A DNA stretch of 64,000 bases from Verrucomicrobiota bacterium (GTDB lineage Bacteria; Verrucomicrobiota; Verrucomicrobiia; Chthoniobacterales; Chthoniobacteraceae). Positions within the stretch are counted from its first letter, which is position 1. Each line of letters opens with the position of its first letter. Location of the stretch: the NCBI GenBank assembly GCA_037975925.1, contig JBANFR010000002.1, positions 4,041 to 68,040 on the forward strand, in the 5' to 3' direction. Below are positions 51,874 through 61,751 of this stretch, one piece after another. The notes beneath the pieces are model-generated. The model was not told the DNA's origin and did not search any database. It was given only the letters and a program-made list of their open reading frames with translations. Both the position numbers and the translations under genes were made by a program.

Positions 51874-54800
51874 CTAGGGCTGCGTCGCGATCACTTTCTC
51901 CGAGATCACCGCAGCGCTGCTCGCCGGCAACTTCGACTCCGAGGGCTTTGCCGCAGGCGGGCGGGGTTGCACCTTCCAGAAAGAGCCGGAGTGTTTTTCC
52001 CAGTCGCTCAGAATCTCTCGCGCCCGCGCACTGCCAGTGACCTCGAGGTGCTTCTGAATGAGTTGCTGGAGAGTAACTGAGGTGGTGGCGTTGAGTCGTT
52101 CGATCGCAACCAGACCCGGGTTGTAGAGGTCGGGAAATTTTCCGGACACGTCGAAGATGTACGCTTCGCCGCCCGTCATCCCTGCCCCGAAGTTCTTGCC
52201 CGTGTCTCCGAGCACCACAATCGTGCCTCCGGTCATGTACTCGCAACCGTGGTCGCCGATGCCTTCAGTGACTGCTACGGCTCCCGAGTTACGCACTGCA
52301 AAGCGTTCGCCGCCGCGGCCGTTCGCAAAGAGGCGTCCTCCGGTCGCTCCATAGAGGCAGGTGTTGCCAATGATGGAGTTTTCGTGAGGAGCAAACCGAT
52401 GTTTTGCGGGGGGACGAACGATGATTTCGCCGCCGCTCATTCCCTTGCCAACGTAGTCGTTGGCTTCGCCCGTGAGTGCCAAGCGAACACCCGGGGCGAG
52501 GAAGGCGCCAAAACTTTGTCCAGCGCTTCCTTCCAAGAGGAGCTCCAAGGTTCCTTCGGGAAGCCCGGAGTCTCCCCATTGGTAACCAATCTCTCCAGAC
52601 ACCTTCGTTCCGACAGACCGGTTGGTGTTGCGGATCTTGTATTTGAGAGAGATCGGTCGCTGGTCGGTGATCGCGTCCTTCGCGTCTTGGAGTACAGCGT
52701 CATCCAAGGGAGCCTCGTGCACTCCATCGTTGCGGCTGCGGGTGCAATACCGCGGTTGAGTGGGATCGGATGCCGCCACGTCGACCAGCAATTTGGACAG
52801 GTCCAGCGTGTTAGCCTTCGGGTGATCAGGAACGTGGCGTTGCCTGAGGAATTCGGGACGCCCGATGATCTCGCTCAAAGAGCGGACCCCAAGCGAGGCG
52901 AGGATTTCCCGCACCTCTTGGGCAACTCCATTGAAGAAATTCACGAGCATCTCGGGAGTCCCCTTGAACTTGCCGCGGAGTCTTTCGTCCTGCGTGGCGA
53001 CGCCCACCGGGCAGGTGTTGAGATGGCACTGGCGGACGTAGACGCATCCCAATGCGATGAGTCCTGCGGTGCCGAAGTTGAACTCCTCCGCACCGAGGGC
53101 GGCGGCCTGAACGATGTCGAGACCGGTGCGCATGCCTCCGTCTGTGCGGAGCACGATCCGGTTGCGGAGGTTGTTCATCATCAGAACCTGTTGCGCTTCA
53201 GCCACACCGAGTTCCCATGGGGTCCCTGCGTGTTTGACCGAGGAGAGCGGAGAAGCGCCAGTTCCGCCGTCGTGACCCGAGATCAGTACGATGTCCGCAT
53301 GTGCCTTCGCGACACCAGCCGCCACCGTTCCTACGCCTGCCTCGGCGACGAGTTTCACGCACACCTTCGCCCTCGGGTTCACTTCTTTGAGGTCGTGGAT
53401 GAGTTGGGCGAGATCCTCAATCGAGTAGATGTCGTGGTGCGGCGGCGGAGAGATCAGCATTACGCCGGGAACCGTGTGGCGGAGGCGGGCGATGAGCGCC
53501 GTGACCTTGTGGCCGGGCAACTGGCCGCCCTCGCCTGGCTTGGCGCCCTGCGCCATCTTGATCTCAATCTCCTTCGCACTCGCCAGGTAAGCCGCAGTGA
53601 CTCCGAAGCGACCACTGGCTACTTGCTTGATGGCTGAGTTGGCGAGGTCGCCGTTTTCGCGGCGTTTGAAACGCTCGGGATCTTCGCCGCCTTCGCCGGA
53701 GTTTGACTTGCCTCCGATGCGGTTCATGGCGATCGCCAGCGCCTCATGGGCCTCAGGACTGAGGGCCCCGAGCGACATTCCCGCCGAGGTAAACCGGGTC
53801 CGAATGTCCTCGATGGGTTCAACGTCATCGATGGGGATTGGTGCCGATTTTGGGACCAGCTCCATCATGTCCTTGAAGGAGATGGGCTGCTGGGCCTTCA
53901 CCGCTTGCACGTACTTTTTGTAGTCGTCCGGATTGTTGGTTTTGACGAACGAGTGGAAGGACTGAATGACCGGCGGAGTGACCGCGTGACGCTCTCCGGA
54001 GCGGCGGAAGCGGTAGTGGCCCGGATCCTCCAGCTCGGGTCCCTTCCCCTCGGTGGGTACACCACCGAACCCCTTGGTGTGTCGGATGATGGATTCGTTT
54101 GCGATATCCGCAAAATCGATGCCTGCGACTTGGGAGGGTGTTCCCGCAAAGCAGCGTTTGATGACGGAATTGCCGATACCGATTGCTTCGAAGATCTGGG
54201 CACCGTGGTAACTCGCGAGGACCGAGATACCCATCTTGGACATGATTTTGAGAAGGCCGTCCTCGAGCGCTTTTTTCAGATTCTCCAGAGCCTTTGCGTA
54301 AGTGATTGCACTGACCTCGGCCAGCAAAGCCTCTGCCTTCGCAAGCTTTGCTGCGTCGGTTCCAGCCTTCGCAACCCCCGCCTGCGCGGAGGCATGGATT
54401 TGCGAGAGCAACTCGCGAGCGGTTTCCAGAGCGAGGTAGGGGCACACAGCGCTCGCCCCATAACCAATCAGACATGCGATCTGGTGCGTGTCACGAGCCT
54501 CGCCCGTTTCGCACACGATGCTCGCCTTCATGCGCTTACCGACCCGGATCAGGTGATGATGGACGGCACCGGTCGCGAGCAGCATTGGAACTGGCACTCG
54601 CTCGTGGTCGGTCTTCACGTCCGAAAGAATCAGGATTCGAGCTCCCGCAGTGACGGCGGCCTCCGCCTCAGCGGAAAGTCGTTCGATTGCCTTTTCGAGC
54701 CCTGCTTGACCCTCGGCGAGCGGCCACGTGGCGTCCAGTGTGGCCGCGGGATGATCCTCAGACGCCAGCCCGCGGAGAGCGGCAAGTTCGGTTTCGAGAA

Positions 54801-56520
54801 GAATGGGGGAATCCAACTGGACCAATCGCGCGTGTTCCGGGGACTCCTTCAAAAGGTTTCGCCTCCAGCCGAGATGCACCGTCAGGGACATCACAAGCTT
54901 TTCGCGGATCGGGTCGATCGGCGGGTTGGTCACCTGGGCGAAGAGCTGTTTGAAATAGGTGTAAAGCAACCGGGGTTGCAGGGAGAGAACGGCAAGAGGC
55001 GTGTCATCGCCCATGGATCCCACCGCTTCTGCGGCGCTTTGAACCATGGGTTTGAGAACCATCTCCAATTCTTCACTCGTGTATCCAAACGCGATTTGGC
55101 GCTGGCTGAGCGTGAGAATGTCGATGGGCGCCGCCGGCTCGACAATCGGCCCGACGCGATTGGCGAGACGGATGAGATGTTTTTGGAGCCACTCGCCGTA
55201 AGGGTGCTCTTCTGCAAGACGTTGCTTGATCTCCTCGTCGTGCATGAGTCGGCCGGCGCGAGTATCGATGGCAATCATCTCCCCAGGCCCAAGGCGGCCT
55301 TTTTCAACCACCTTTCCTTCGTCCAGGGCCACCGTGCCGACCTCGGATCCGAGCGAGAAAATCCCGTCTTCGGTTAGTTTGTAGCGGGAGGGCCGGAGTC
55401 CGTTCCGGTCGAGACAAGCGCCGACGGTGATGCCGTCGGTAAAGACAAGACAAGCCGGTCCGTCCCAAGGTTCGTTGAGGCAGGCGTGGAATTCGTAAAA
55501 GTCGCGGAGCGCCTGCGGCATGCGCTTGTCGCTTTTCCAGGCTGGCGGAACCAGCATGGTCATGGATTGGAGGAGGTTGCGCCCGGACAGAACCATGGCC
55601 TCGAGAGCGTTGTCGAGTTCCGAGGAGTCCGAGCCGCCGGGCTGGATGATGGGCTTGAGGAGATCGATGTCCTCGCCCCATTCGTTGGCTTCGAGTTCCG
55701 CTTCGCGTGAAGCCATCCAGTTGACGTTTCCGCGCCGCGTGTTGATTTCGCCGTTGTGGCAGAGCATCCGGAAAGGCTGCGAAAGCGGCCAAGTCGGGAA
55801 GGTATTGGTCGAGTACCGTTGGTGATAGGTGGCGATAGCGGTCTCGTAGGAGGGGTCCTGCAGGTCGCGGTAAAACTTTTGGAGGGAGGGAGAGATGAGC
55901 AACCCCTTGTAGTTGATCACGCGACTCGAGAAAGAGGGGATGTAGAAGTGGCGGATCTTGTTTTCAGCTGCCCGTTTCTCGATTTCGTTGCGGCACAAGA
56001 AGAGGGTTTCCTCGTATTCGTCAGCGGAAATACTCTCAGTTCTCGCAATGAGCACCTGCTCCATCCGGGGCAGGGTGGAGGCAGCCTTGTCACCCAGAAC
56101 GCGGATGTTGATCGGCACTTCGCGCCACCCGAAGAGGAAGAGGCCGCGTTTTTCCAGAACCTCCTCGGTGATGGCCTTGGCTCGGGCCTGGGCGTAGGCG
56201 TTGTCGTGAGGAAGGAACATCATCCCCACCCCCAAGTCCGAATCGTGGTAGAGTTGATGACCGAGCTTTTGAACCTCCTTCCGAAACAGCTTGTACGGAA
56301 TTTGTGTCACCACGCCGGCCCCGTCTCCCGTTTTGGCATCGGCATCCACGGCGCCGCGGTGAGCGAGGGCGCAGAGAGATTCCAGGGCATATTGGAGAAC
56401 TTGATTCGATTTTTGACCGTTCACCTGAGCGATAAATCCAACGCCACAGGCATCGTGTTCATTGGACGGCGAATAGAGGGAGGAGATCCCGCGGGTGGAG
56501 TCTAGGATGACGTGGTTCAT
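51874..56520 (-). CDS. gltB: glutamate synthase large subunit
   Basis: 1548 aa with the N-terminal amidotransferase Cys (EHDACGVGFIAQ). The FMN/Fe-S central domains and the C-terminal GXGXG beta-helix domain are recognisable throughout. Confidence 0.97.
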   Translation of the reverse strand: MNHVILDSTRGISSLYSPSNEHDACGVGFIAQVNGQKSNQVLQYALESLCALAHRGAVDADAKTGDGAGVVTQIPYKLFRKEVQKLGHQLYHDSDLGVGMMFLPHDNAYAQARAKAITEEVLEKRGLFLFGWREVPINIRVLGDKAASTLPRMEQVLIARTESISADEYEETLFLCRNEIEKRAAENKIRHFYIPSFSSRVINYKGLLISPSLQKFYRDLQDPSYETAIATYHQRYSTNTFPTWPLSQPFRMLCHNGEINTRRGNVNWMASREAELEANEWGEDIDLLKPIIQPGGSDSSELDNALEAMVLSGRNLLQSMTMLVPPAWKSDKRMPQALRDFYEFHACLNEPWDGPACLVFTDGITVGACLDRNGLRPSRYKLTEDGIFSLGSEVGTVALDEGKVVEKGRLGPGEMIAIDTRAGRLMHDEEIKQRLAEEHPYGEWLQKHLIRLANRVGPIVEPAAPIDILTLSQRQIAFGYTSEELEMVLKPMVQSAAEAVGSMGDDTPLAVLSLQPRLLYTYFKQLFAQVTNPPIDPIREKLVMSLTVHLGWRRNLLKESPEHARLVQLDSPILLETELAALRGLASEDHPAATLDATWPLAEGQAGLEKAIERLSAEAEAAVTAGARILILSDVKTDHERVPVPMLLATGAVHHHLIRVGKRMKASIVCETGEARDTHQIACLIGYGASAVCPYLALETARELLSQIHASAQAGVAKAGTDAAKLAKAEALLAEVSAITYAKALENLKKALEDGLLKIMSKMGISVLASYHGAQIFEAIGIGNSVIKRCFAGTPSQVAGIDFADIANESIIRHTKGFGGVPTEGKGPELEDPGHYRFRRSGERHAVTPPVIQSFHSFVKTNNPDDYKKYVQAVKAQQPISFKDMMELVPKSAPIPIDDVEPIEDIRTRFTSAGMSLGALSPEAHEALAIAMNRIGGKSNSGEGGEDPERFKRRENGDLANSAIKQVASGRFGVTAAYLASAKEIEIKMAQGAKPGEGGQLPGHKVTALIARLRHTVPGVMLISPPPHHDIYSIEDLAQLIHDLKEVNPRAKVCVKLVAEAGVGTVAAGVAKAHADIVLISGHDGGTGASPLSSVKHAGTPWELGVAEAQQVLMMNNLRNRIVLRTDGGMRTGLDIVQAAALGAEEFNFGTAGLIALGCVYVRQCHLNTCPVGVATQDERLRGKFKGTPEMLVNFFNGVAQEVREILASLGVRSLSEIIGRPEFLRQRHVPDHPKANTLDLSKLLVDVAASDPTQPRYCTRSRNDGVHEAPLDDAVLQDAKDAITDQRPISLKYKIRNTNRSVGTKVSGEIGYQWGDSGLPEGTLELLLEGSAGQSFGAFLAPGVRLALTGEANDYVGKGMSGGEIIVRPPAKHRFAPHENSIIGNTCLYGATGGRLFANGRGGERFAVRNSGAVAVTEGIGDHGCEYMTGGTIVVLGDTGKNFGAGMTGGEAYIFDVSGKFPDLYNPGLVAIERLNATTSVTLQQLIQKHLEVTGSARAREILSDWEKHSGSFWKVQPRPPAAKPSESKLPASSAAVISEKVIATQP

Positions 56521-56735
56521 GTGTGCAGAGGGATGGTCGGTCCAGGGAGGAGCGGGCCGCGAAAACTAGGTTTTTCAGGGGGGTGGATTCAAGACAAATA
56601 TGTGTGATTTATAGGCGTAAATTGGTCGCTGCATGGTTAAATTTGAGCAAAAAAAAGCGAAATGTGGGCGAAAAGCGTCACAAAGCGCCATGCTGTGATT
56701 GCGCGATCGGCGGCTGTGGGCTTCACTCCGAAGGG

Positions 56736-57344
56736 ATGCGTGACGTGAACCCCACCCAGAACCCTCCCCGGGACCTTGATGAGCAAGAGCGCAAGATCCT
56801 GCGGGCGCTTGTGCGCGACCCCCGTCAGTCGGATAACGCCATCGGAGAAGCCACGGGAGTCAATGTGCGGACCGTGAGCCGGAAGCGTCAGCGCATGGAG
56901 GAGGAGGGGATCCTCTCGTACTATGCAAACATTGACCTCACAGGGACAGGGACCCGGCAGTACAACACGCGGCACCTGTACACGATCAAGTTTCGGATTG
57001 GGGTGAGCCATAAACAGCTCCTTGAGGACATCCAGCGGGAACCAGCTGTTCGTTCGGTGTTTACGGAGGTCCTTTTTGAGAGCCACATCGCCGAAATCGA
57101 TGGAAAGCTCGCCATGCTGCTTTTCATCGATGGAGAAAGCGACTTGGACATCGTTCAGACCGTCCAGGAAAAGTTGATTCCCAGTTTGAGGCGAAATCAT
57201 GGGGAGGATTCCATTGAGGAGGTCAGCACGGTGCGCATTCTTTCGCCGGTACGTTGCATGCGGAATTACGTGCTGCCCGTGAACATGGAGGGGGGATTTG
57301 TTCGCCCTGACTGGCCCGACGAGGCCATTTACGTGGGGCGTTGA
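56736..57344 (+). CDS. Lrp/AsnC-like winged-helix transcriptional regulator
   Basis: Start at the internal ATG at 56736. The HTH region is ERKILRALVRDPRQSDNAIGEATGVNVRTVSRKRQRMEEEGIL. An alpha/beta ligand-type domain follows. The gene is divergent from gltB. Confidence 0.6.
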   Translation: MRDVNPTQNPPRDLDEQERKILRALVRDPRQSDNAIGEATGVNVRTVSRKRQRMEEEGILSYYANIDLTGTGTRQYNTRHLYTIKFRIGVSHKQLLEDIQREPAVRSVFTEVLFESHIAEIDGKLAMLLFIDGESDLDIVQTVQEKLIPSLRRNHGEDSIEEVSTVRILSPVRCMRNYVLPVNMEGGFVRPDWPDEAIYVGR

Positions 57345-57446
57345 ACGAACACTTTCGGACGCTGCCGTTCCTCCCGGGTAAATTCGGCTTCCAAGAAAGG
57401 GCGGTTTCGGGGATTCACTCCACGAACCCGAATCTCCCCCCGAGCT

Positions 57447-58757
57447 ATGCGTTTTCCGACCCTTCTGTTCGCGCTGCCTGCGGTTTTTGCCTCATGGAAT
57501 GCGGTAGCCGCTGACTGGCCCCAGTGGCGCGGGCCGTCCTTGAACGGATCTTCCCCCGACACCGGGTTTCTTGAAAAGTGGTCGGCCTCGGAGGGGGTGC
57601 GTTGGAGAACGCCGCTGCCGGGTTTCAGCGGAGCGACGCCGGTGGTGGTCGGCGACAAGGTTTTTGTCAGCTCACCCAATGCGGAGAAGGAGCTGATGTT
57701 GATGTGTTTTCATCGTCGTGATGGCAAGGTCCTGTGGCAAAAAGTGTTGTCGACGGGTGACATGACAAAGGGGAGGACGGCTCCGAACATGGCCTCCCCT
57801 TCGCCGGTGACGGATGGCAAGGCAGTTTACGCGCTGTACGGAACGGGGGATTTGTCCGCCCTCGATCTGGATGGAAACACTTTGTGGAAACGCAGCCTTG
57901 CGCAGGACTTTGGGCGTTTTTCGCTGATGTGGTTGTATGGCTCGAGCCCGCTTCTGCACGAGGGAAAGCTCTACATCCAAGTGTTACAAAGGGACCCAGT
58001 TCCCTCGGACTACACCCATGCTTTGGACGGAAAAACGGAGCGTGAATCCTTCGTGCTCTGTCTCGACGCAGCCTCGGGCAGGACCTTGTGGCGAGTGGTT
58101 CGTCCAACCGACGCAGGCAAGGAGTCGATGGAGAGCTACGGCACGCCGATCCCGCTGGAAGCGGGGGGGCGGAAGGAGCTGCTCATTCTTGGGGGCGACT
58201 ACCTGACGGCGCACTCGATGGACTCCGGGGCAGAGTTGTGGCGGGCAGGCGGGTTTAACCCGAAGAAGGGTGAATGGATGCGGATTGTTTCCTCTCCGGT
58301 GGTGAGTGGTGATCTTGCGATCGCGGCCGGACCGAAGCGGCAGCCGGTGATTGCGGTGCGCTCGGGTGGCAGGGGGGATGTCACGGATTCCCATACTGCG
58401 TGGAAATTTGAGGAGTTTCCTCCGGACGTGTGTACGCCGGTTCTGTATGCGGGGCGTCTTTACGTGCTTGATGGGGATAAGCAGATGCTGACTGCCCTGG
58501 ATCCGAAAAGCGGTCAGAAGCACTGGCAGATTTCGCTGGGTGTGCGCGAAAACTTCAAGGCCTCACCGACCGCGGCGGATGGTCGGATCTTTTGTGTGAG
58601 CGAACGCGGCACCTTGGTTTCGGTCGATGCGGGGAGCGGCCAGGTGCAGCAAAGCGTCGAGATGGGCGGGGGGAGCCCGACGCGTTCGTCGGTGGTGTTG
58701 TCCGGCGGGGATATCATCTTGAGGACTGCCGAGGAACTGATCTGTATCGGGAAATGA
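57447..58757 (+). CDS. secreted PQQ-like (BamB-type) beta-propeller repeat protein
   Basis: It has a signal peptide followed by ADWPQWRGPSLNGSSPDTG. Repeated ...G.lyv...dG.l.ALD..tG..lW... units run through the protein. Confidence 0.7.
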   Translation: MRFPTLLFALPAVFASWNAVAADWPQWRGPSLNGSSPDTGFLEKWSASEGVRWRTPLPGFSGATPVVVGDKVFVSSPNAEKELMLMCFHRRDGKVLWQKVLSTGDMTKGRTAPNMASPSPVTDGKAVYALYGTGDLSALDLDGNTLWKRSLAQDFGRFSLMWLYGSSPLLHEGKLYIQVLQRDPVPSDYTHALDGKTERESFVLCLDAASGRTLWRVVRPTDAGKESMESYGTPIPLEAGGRKELLILGGDYLTAHSMDSGAELWRAGGFNPKKGEWMRIVSSPVVSGDLAIAAGPKRQPVIAVRSGGRGDVTDSHTAWKFEEFPPDVCTPVLYAGRLYVLDGDKQMLTALDPKSGQKHWQISLGVRENFKASPTAADGRIFCVSERGTLVSVDAGSGQVQQSVEMGGGSPTRSSVVLSGGDIILRTAEELICIGK

Positions 58758-59392
58758 AAAAGAGTTTGCTCCTTTGCGCTTGCGGGTGGGCCCTGGCTGC
58801 GGCGCCGGAAACCGGGATGGCTGGGGAAGTGCTTTTCGCCCAAGACTTTGAAAAATTACCAGCGGGTCCTCTTCCGGGGGAGTTTCTTCCTCTTGCGGGG
58901 GAGTTCGCGGTTGTGGAGGAGGGCGGCAACCACTTCGTGCGTCTGCCCGGATCACCCTTGGACACTTTTGGAGCTTTGTTTGGGCCAAGCCACGGAGCGC
59001 CTAGCGGGGTGGAGGGACGATTTTTTGGGACAAAGCAGGGACGCAAGTATCCCACGTTCGGCATCAGCCTGCGTGGAGCCGGGGGCTATCGTTTGCAGGT
59101 GAGTCCAGGAAAGGGGCAGCTGGAAATTTACAAGGGAGATGAGCCCCTCACTGGTGTTCCGTTTGTTTGGGAATCCGGAAGCTGGACGTGGTTGCGACTG
59201 GACGTGGTTCGGGGCGAGTCCGGTTGGGTTGCTGAGGGGCGCGCTTGGAAGGAGGGGGCAAGTGTGCCCGGAGAGGCCCAAGTTCGTTGTGTGTTGGGAG
59301 CAGAACCTCCGGCGGGTCGCGCCGCGATCTGGGGGAGCCCGTACTCCGGTACGCCTGTTTTGTTTGATGATCTTCGCTGGTCCACGCCGTGA
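58754..59392 (+). CDS. hypothetical secreted protein (possible jelly-roll/LamG-like fold)
   Basis: The ATG at 58754 overlaps the upstream stop (ATGA). The signal peptide is MKKSLLLCACGWALAAAP. It is beta-rich, with W..L.LDV..G...W...G.AW and a terminal ...VLFDDLRW. The fold assignment is tentative. Confidence 0.45.
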   Translation: MKKSLLLCACGWALAAAPETGMAGEVLFAQDFEKLPAGPLPGEFLPLAGEFAVVEEGGNHFVRLPGSPLDTFGALFGPSHGAPSGVEGRFFGTKQGRKYPTFGISLRGAGGYRLQVSPGKGQLEIYKGDEPLTGVPFVWESGSWTWLRLDVVRGESGWVAEGRAWKEGASVPGEAQVRCVLGAEPPAGRAAIWGSPYSGTPVLFDDLRWSTP

Positions 59393-59456
59393 AGCGTGAG
59401 TTCCAGCGCGGATCTTGCTGCTCTCGAATTTTGAAATTCAACCTGACCTCCCAGAT

Positions 59457-60725
59457 ATGAAGACTTCTCTATTAGCTCTCCTTGCCCTGACCCCTCTCGT
59501 GACGCGTGCCGGCGACTGGCCCCAGTACCGGGGGCCTTCGGGTGACGGGATTTCTCCGGAAACCGTGGCTTGGAAACCGACGGGACTGAAGCAGGTGTGG
59601 AAGGCGGACAGTTTGGGAGGATTCAGTTCGTTTTCCGTCGCCCAAGGTCGCGCTTTCACCCAGTCGATTCAACCGGTGGATGGAGCCAATCAGGAGTGCG
59701 TGGTGGCTTACGACGCGCTGAAGGGAAAGCCCATTTGGAGTGTTGCCTTGGGGGTTGCGAAATATGACGGCGGCGGAAATGCGGGATACACCGACAAGGA
59801 CGATGATTCCAAAACCAACACCGGTGGGGATGGGCCTCGCTCAACTCCAACGGTGGTGGGAGATCTGGTTGTGGTGATGAGTTCGCAGCTTTCGCTGCGT
59901 GCATTTGATGCGGCGACGGGCAAGTCGGCTTGGACCCGGGACCTGAAGGCCCAACACGAAGGGCGTAACATTCAGTGGCAGAATGCGGCATCTCCCCTCC
60001 TTGAGGGCGGTCTCCTGTACGTCGCCGGTGGTGGGGCGGGCCAGTCGATCCTCTGCTTGGAACCGAAAACGGGTGAGGTGGTGTGGAAGGCCTACGACGA
60101 AAAGATGACTCACGCCTCGCCCGTGGCAGCCACCATCGCCGGGCAGCGCCAAGTCATTTTCTTCCTGCAGTCGGGTCTTTTGTCGATCGAGCCCAAGTCA
60201 GGAAAGGAACTCTGGCGTTATGCCTTTCCTTACAAAGTTTCGACCGCAGCATCTCCCGTGGTGAGCGGTGACGTTGTCTACTGCTCAGCCGGATACGGAG
60301 TGGGTGCGGGTGCCGTGCGCGTGAGCAAGGAGGGGGATTCTTGGAAGGCGACCGAGATCTTCCGGGTCCCGGGAAACACTCCGTTGGCCAATCATTGGAG
60401 CACCCCAATCGTGAAGGACGGGCACTTGTATGGAATGTTTCAGTTCAAGGAATACGCGAAGGGCCCCGTCAAATGTGTGGAGTTGGCAACGGGGAAAGTA
60501 AAGTGGTCGCAGGAAGGCTTCGGTCCCGGGCACGTGATTTTGGTCGGCAATGATGTTGTGGCTCTCTCCGACGCGGGTGAGTTGGTGCGGTTTGCAGCGC
60601 AACCCACCCAGTATCAGGAACTGAGCCGCCAGAAGCTTCTCCGCGGGAAGTGCTGGACCACCCCGGCGGTGTCTGGTGGGAAAATCTTTGTCCGGAGTAC
60701 CTTGGAGGCGGCCTGTTTCGAGTAA
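59457..60725 (+). CDS. secreted PQQ-like (BamB-type) beta-propeller repeat protein, paralog of 57447-58757
   Basis: The signal peptide is MKTSLLALLALTPLVTRA, followed by GDWPQYRGPSGDGISPE. It has the same repeat structure as the first propeller. Confidence 0.7.
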   Translation: MKTSLLALLALTPLVTRAGDWPQYRGPSGDGISPETVAWKPTGLKQVWKADSLGGFSSFSVAQGRAFTQSIQPVDGANQECVVAYDALKGKPIWSVALGVAKYDGGGNAGYTDKDDDSKTNTGGDGPRSTPTVVGDLVVVMSSQLSLRAFDAATGKSAWTRDLKAQHEGRNIQWQNAASPLLEGGLLYVAGGGAGQSILCLEPKTGEVVWKAYDEKMTHASPVAATIAGQRQVIFFLQSGLLSIEPKSGKELWRYAFPYKVSTAASPVVSGDVVYCSAGYGVGAGAVRVSKEGDSWKATEIFRVPGNTPLANHWSTPIVKDGHLYGMFQFKEYAKGPVKCVELATGKVKWSQEGFGPGHVILVGNDVVALSDAGELVRFAAQPTQYQELSRQKLLRGKCWTTPAVSGGKIFVRSTLEAACFE

Positions 60726-60750
60726 GCAGCGCGCTTGTGGGTAAAAGCGG

Positions 60751-61206
60751 CTACGACCTGCTCTCGGAAAGTTTCCGAGAGCATCCGTCGGCCACTCTCT
60801 CCAAAAGACGCAGGAAGGTGTCCGCCTCCTCTGGCGAAAGTTCCTGCAGAATCTCCGTCTGAAGACCTGTGGCTATGCGTTGGGCCTTCTCGAAGACAAG
60901 TTTACCCTCCTCTTGAATGCTCACACTTTTCGCACGTCGATCTTTCTGATGGGGAGAGCGGCGCACTAACCCCGCGGTCTCCATCCTCTGCAGGGTGGCT
61001 GCGATCGTGTTGGGGTCACTGGACATGAGCCCGGTGAGCTCTTTCTGTGTGAGCCCGCAACCTCCGGTCTCGTTCAGCCATCGCAGGATCGAATACTGGT
61101 CGGGCGTGATAGCCAGGTCGGAGATGCGCTGTCTGAAGACTTGGTTGAGGGAGTACCAAGCGCGGCGCAGGAGGGGCGGCATCTTGCGCGAGCCCTCGCT
61201 TCGCAT
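60751..61206 (-). CDS. MarR-family transcriptional regulator
   Basis: The winged HTH is ITPDQYSILRWLNETGGCGLTQKELTGLMSSDPNTIAATLQRMETAGLVRRSPHQKDRRAKSV. Confidence 0.85.
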   Translation of the reverse strand: MRSEGSRKMPPLLRRAWYSLNQVFRQRISDLAITPDQYSILRWLNETGGCGLTQKELTGLMSSDPNTIAATLQRMETAGLVRRSPHQKDRRAKSVSIQEEGKLVFEKAQRIATGLQTEILQELSPEEADTFLRLLERVADGCSRKLSESRS

Positions 61207-61679
61207 CAGTGAACCTTGGAAATTTTCTGCGCCTTGTTAAGAGGCACGTCGTGGTACTCCATGGCCCACTCGCGCATGAAACGGATCTTCGTTGGGCGAA
61301 TCCGGTAAATGATCAGGGATGGATTGTCCGATTGTCCTAAGTAACGTCTCAGGAGGGGGTTGTCGCGCCAGATGATCTCAAGAAGTTCAGGGTCGGCGAG
61401 CAGTTCAGCAACGCCGGTGATGCGGACTTGGTCGTGGGCGTCGTCCAGATAACAAAGTTCGACCTTGGGGTTGTTGGCGATCTGATTGGTTTTGCCGTAC
61501 CCGCGCAGGTTAGCCACGTATACGGTAAACCCATCGGTACGGACTGGTGAGACGGGCCGGAGGTGAGGCTGATCCCCATCCACGGTGGCGAGCATCGGGA
61601 ATTTAGCCCGGTGCATAACCTCGAGTGCGAGTTGGGGTACAGCCTCGGCGGAAACGGGAGCGGGTGTGGGAGGTGTCAT
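61206..61679 (-). CDS. pyridoxamine 5'-phosphate oxidase-family (general stress protein 26-like) FMN-binding split-barrel protein
   Basis: MLATVDGDQPHLRPVSPVRTDGFTVYVANLRGYGKTNQIANNPKVELCYLD. The start is taken at ATG 61679 (the GTG at 61688 is possible). It is co-oriented with, and overlaps by 1 nt, the MarR gene. Confidence 0.7.
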   Translation of the reverse strand: MTPPTPAPVSAEAVPQLALEVMHRAKFPMLATVDGDQPHLRPVSPVRTDGFTVYVANLRGYGKTNQIANNPKVELCYLDDAHDQVRITGVAELLADPELLEIIWRDNPLLRRYLGQSDNPSLIIYRIRPTKIRFMREWAMEYHDVPLNKAQKISKVH

Positions 61680-61751
61680 GGCTTGCACGGTGACCCTAGC
61701 GTACGTAGCCGGTCGGTTGAAGCCGCGAAATCGCCCTTCCGCTGCCGGGGC

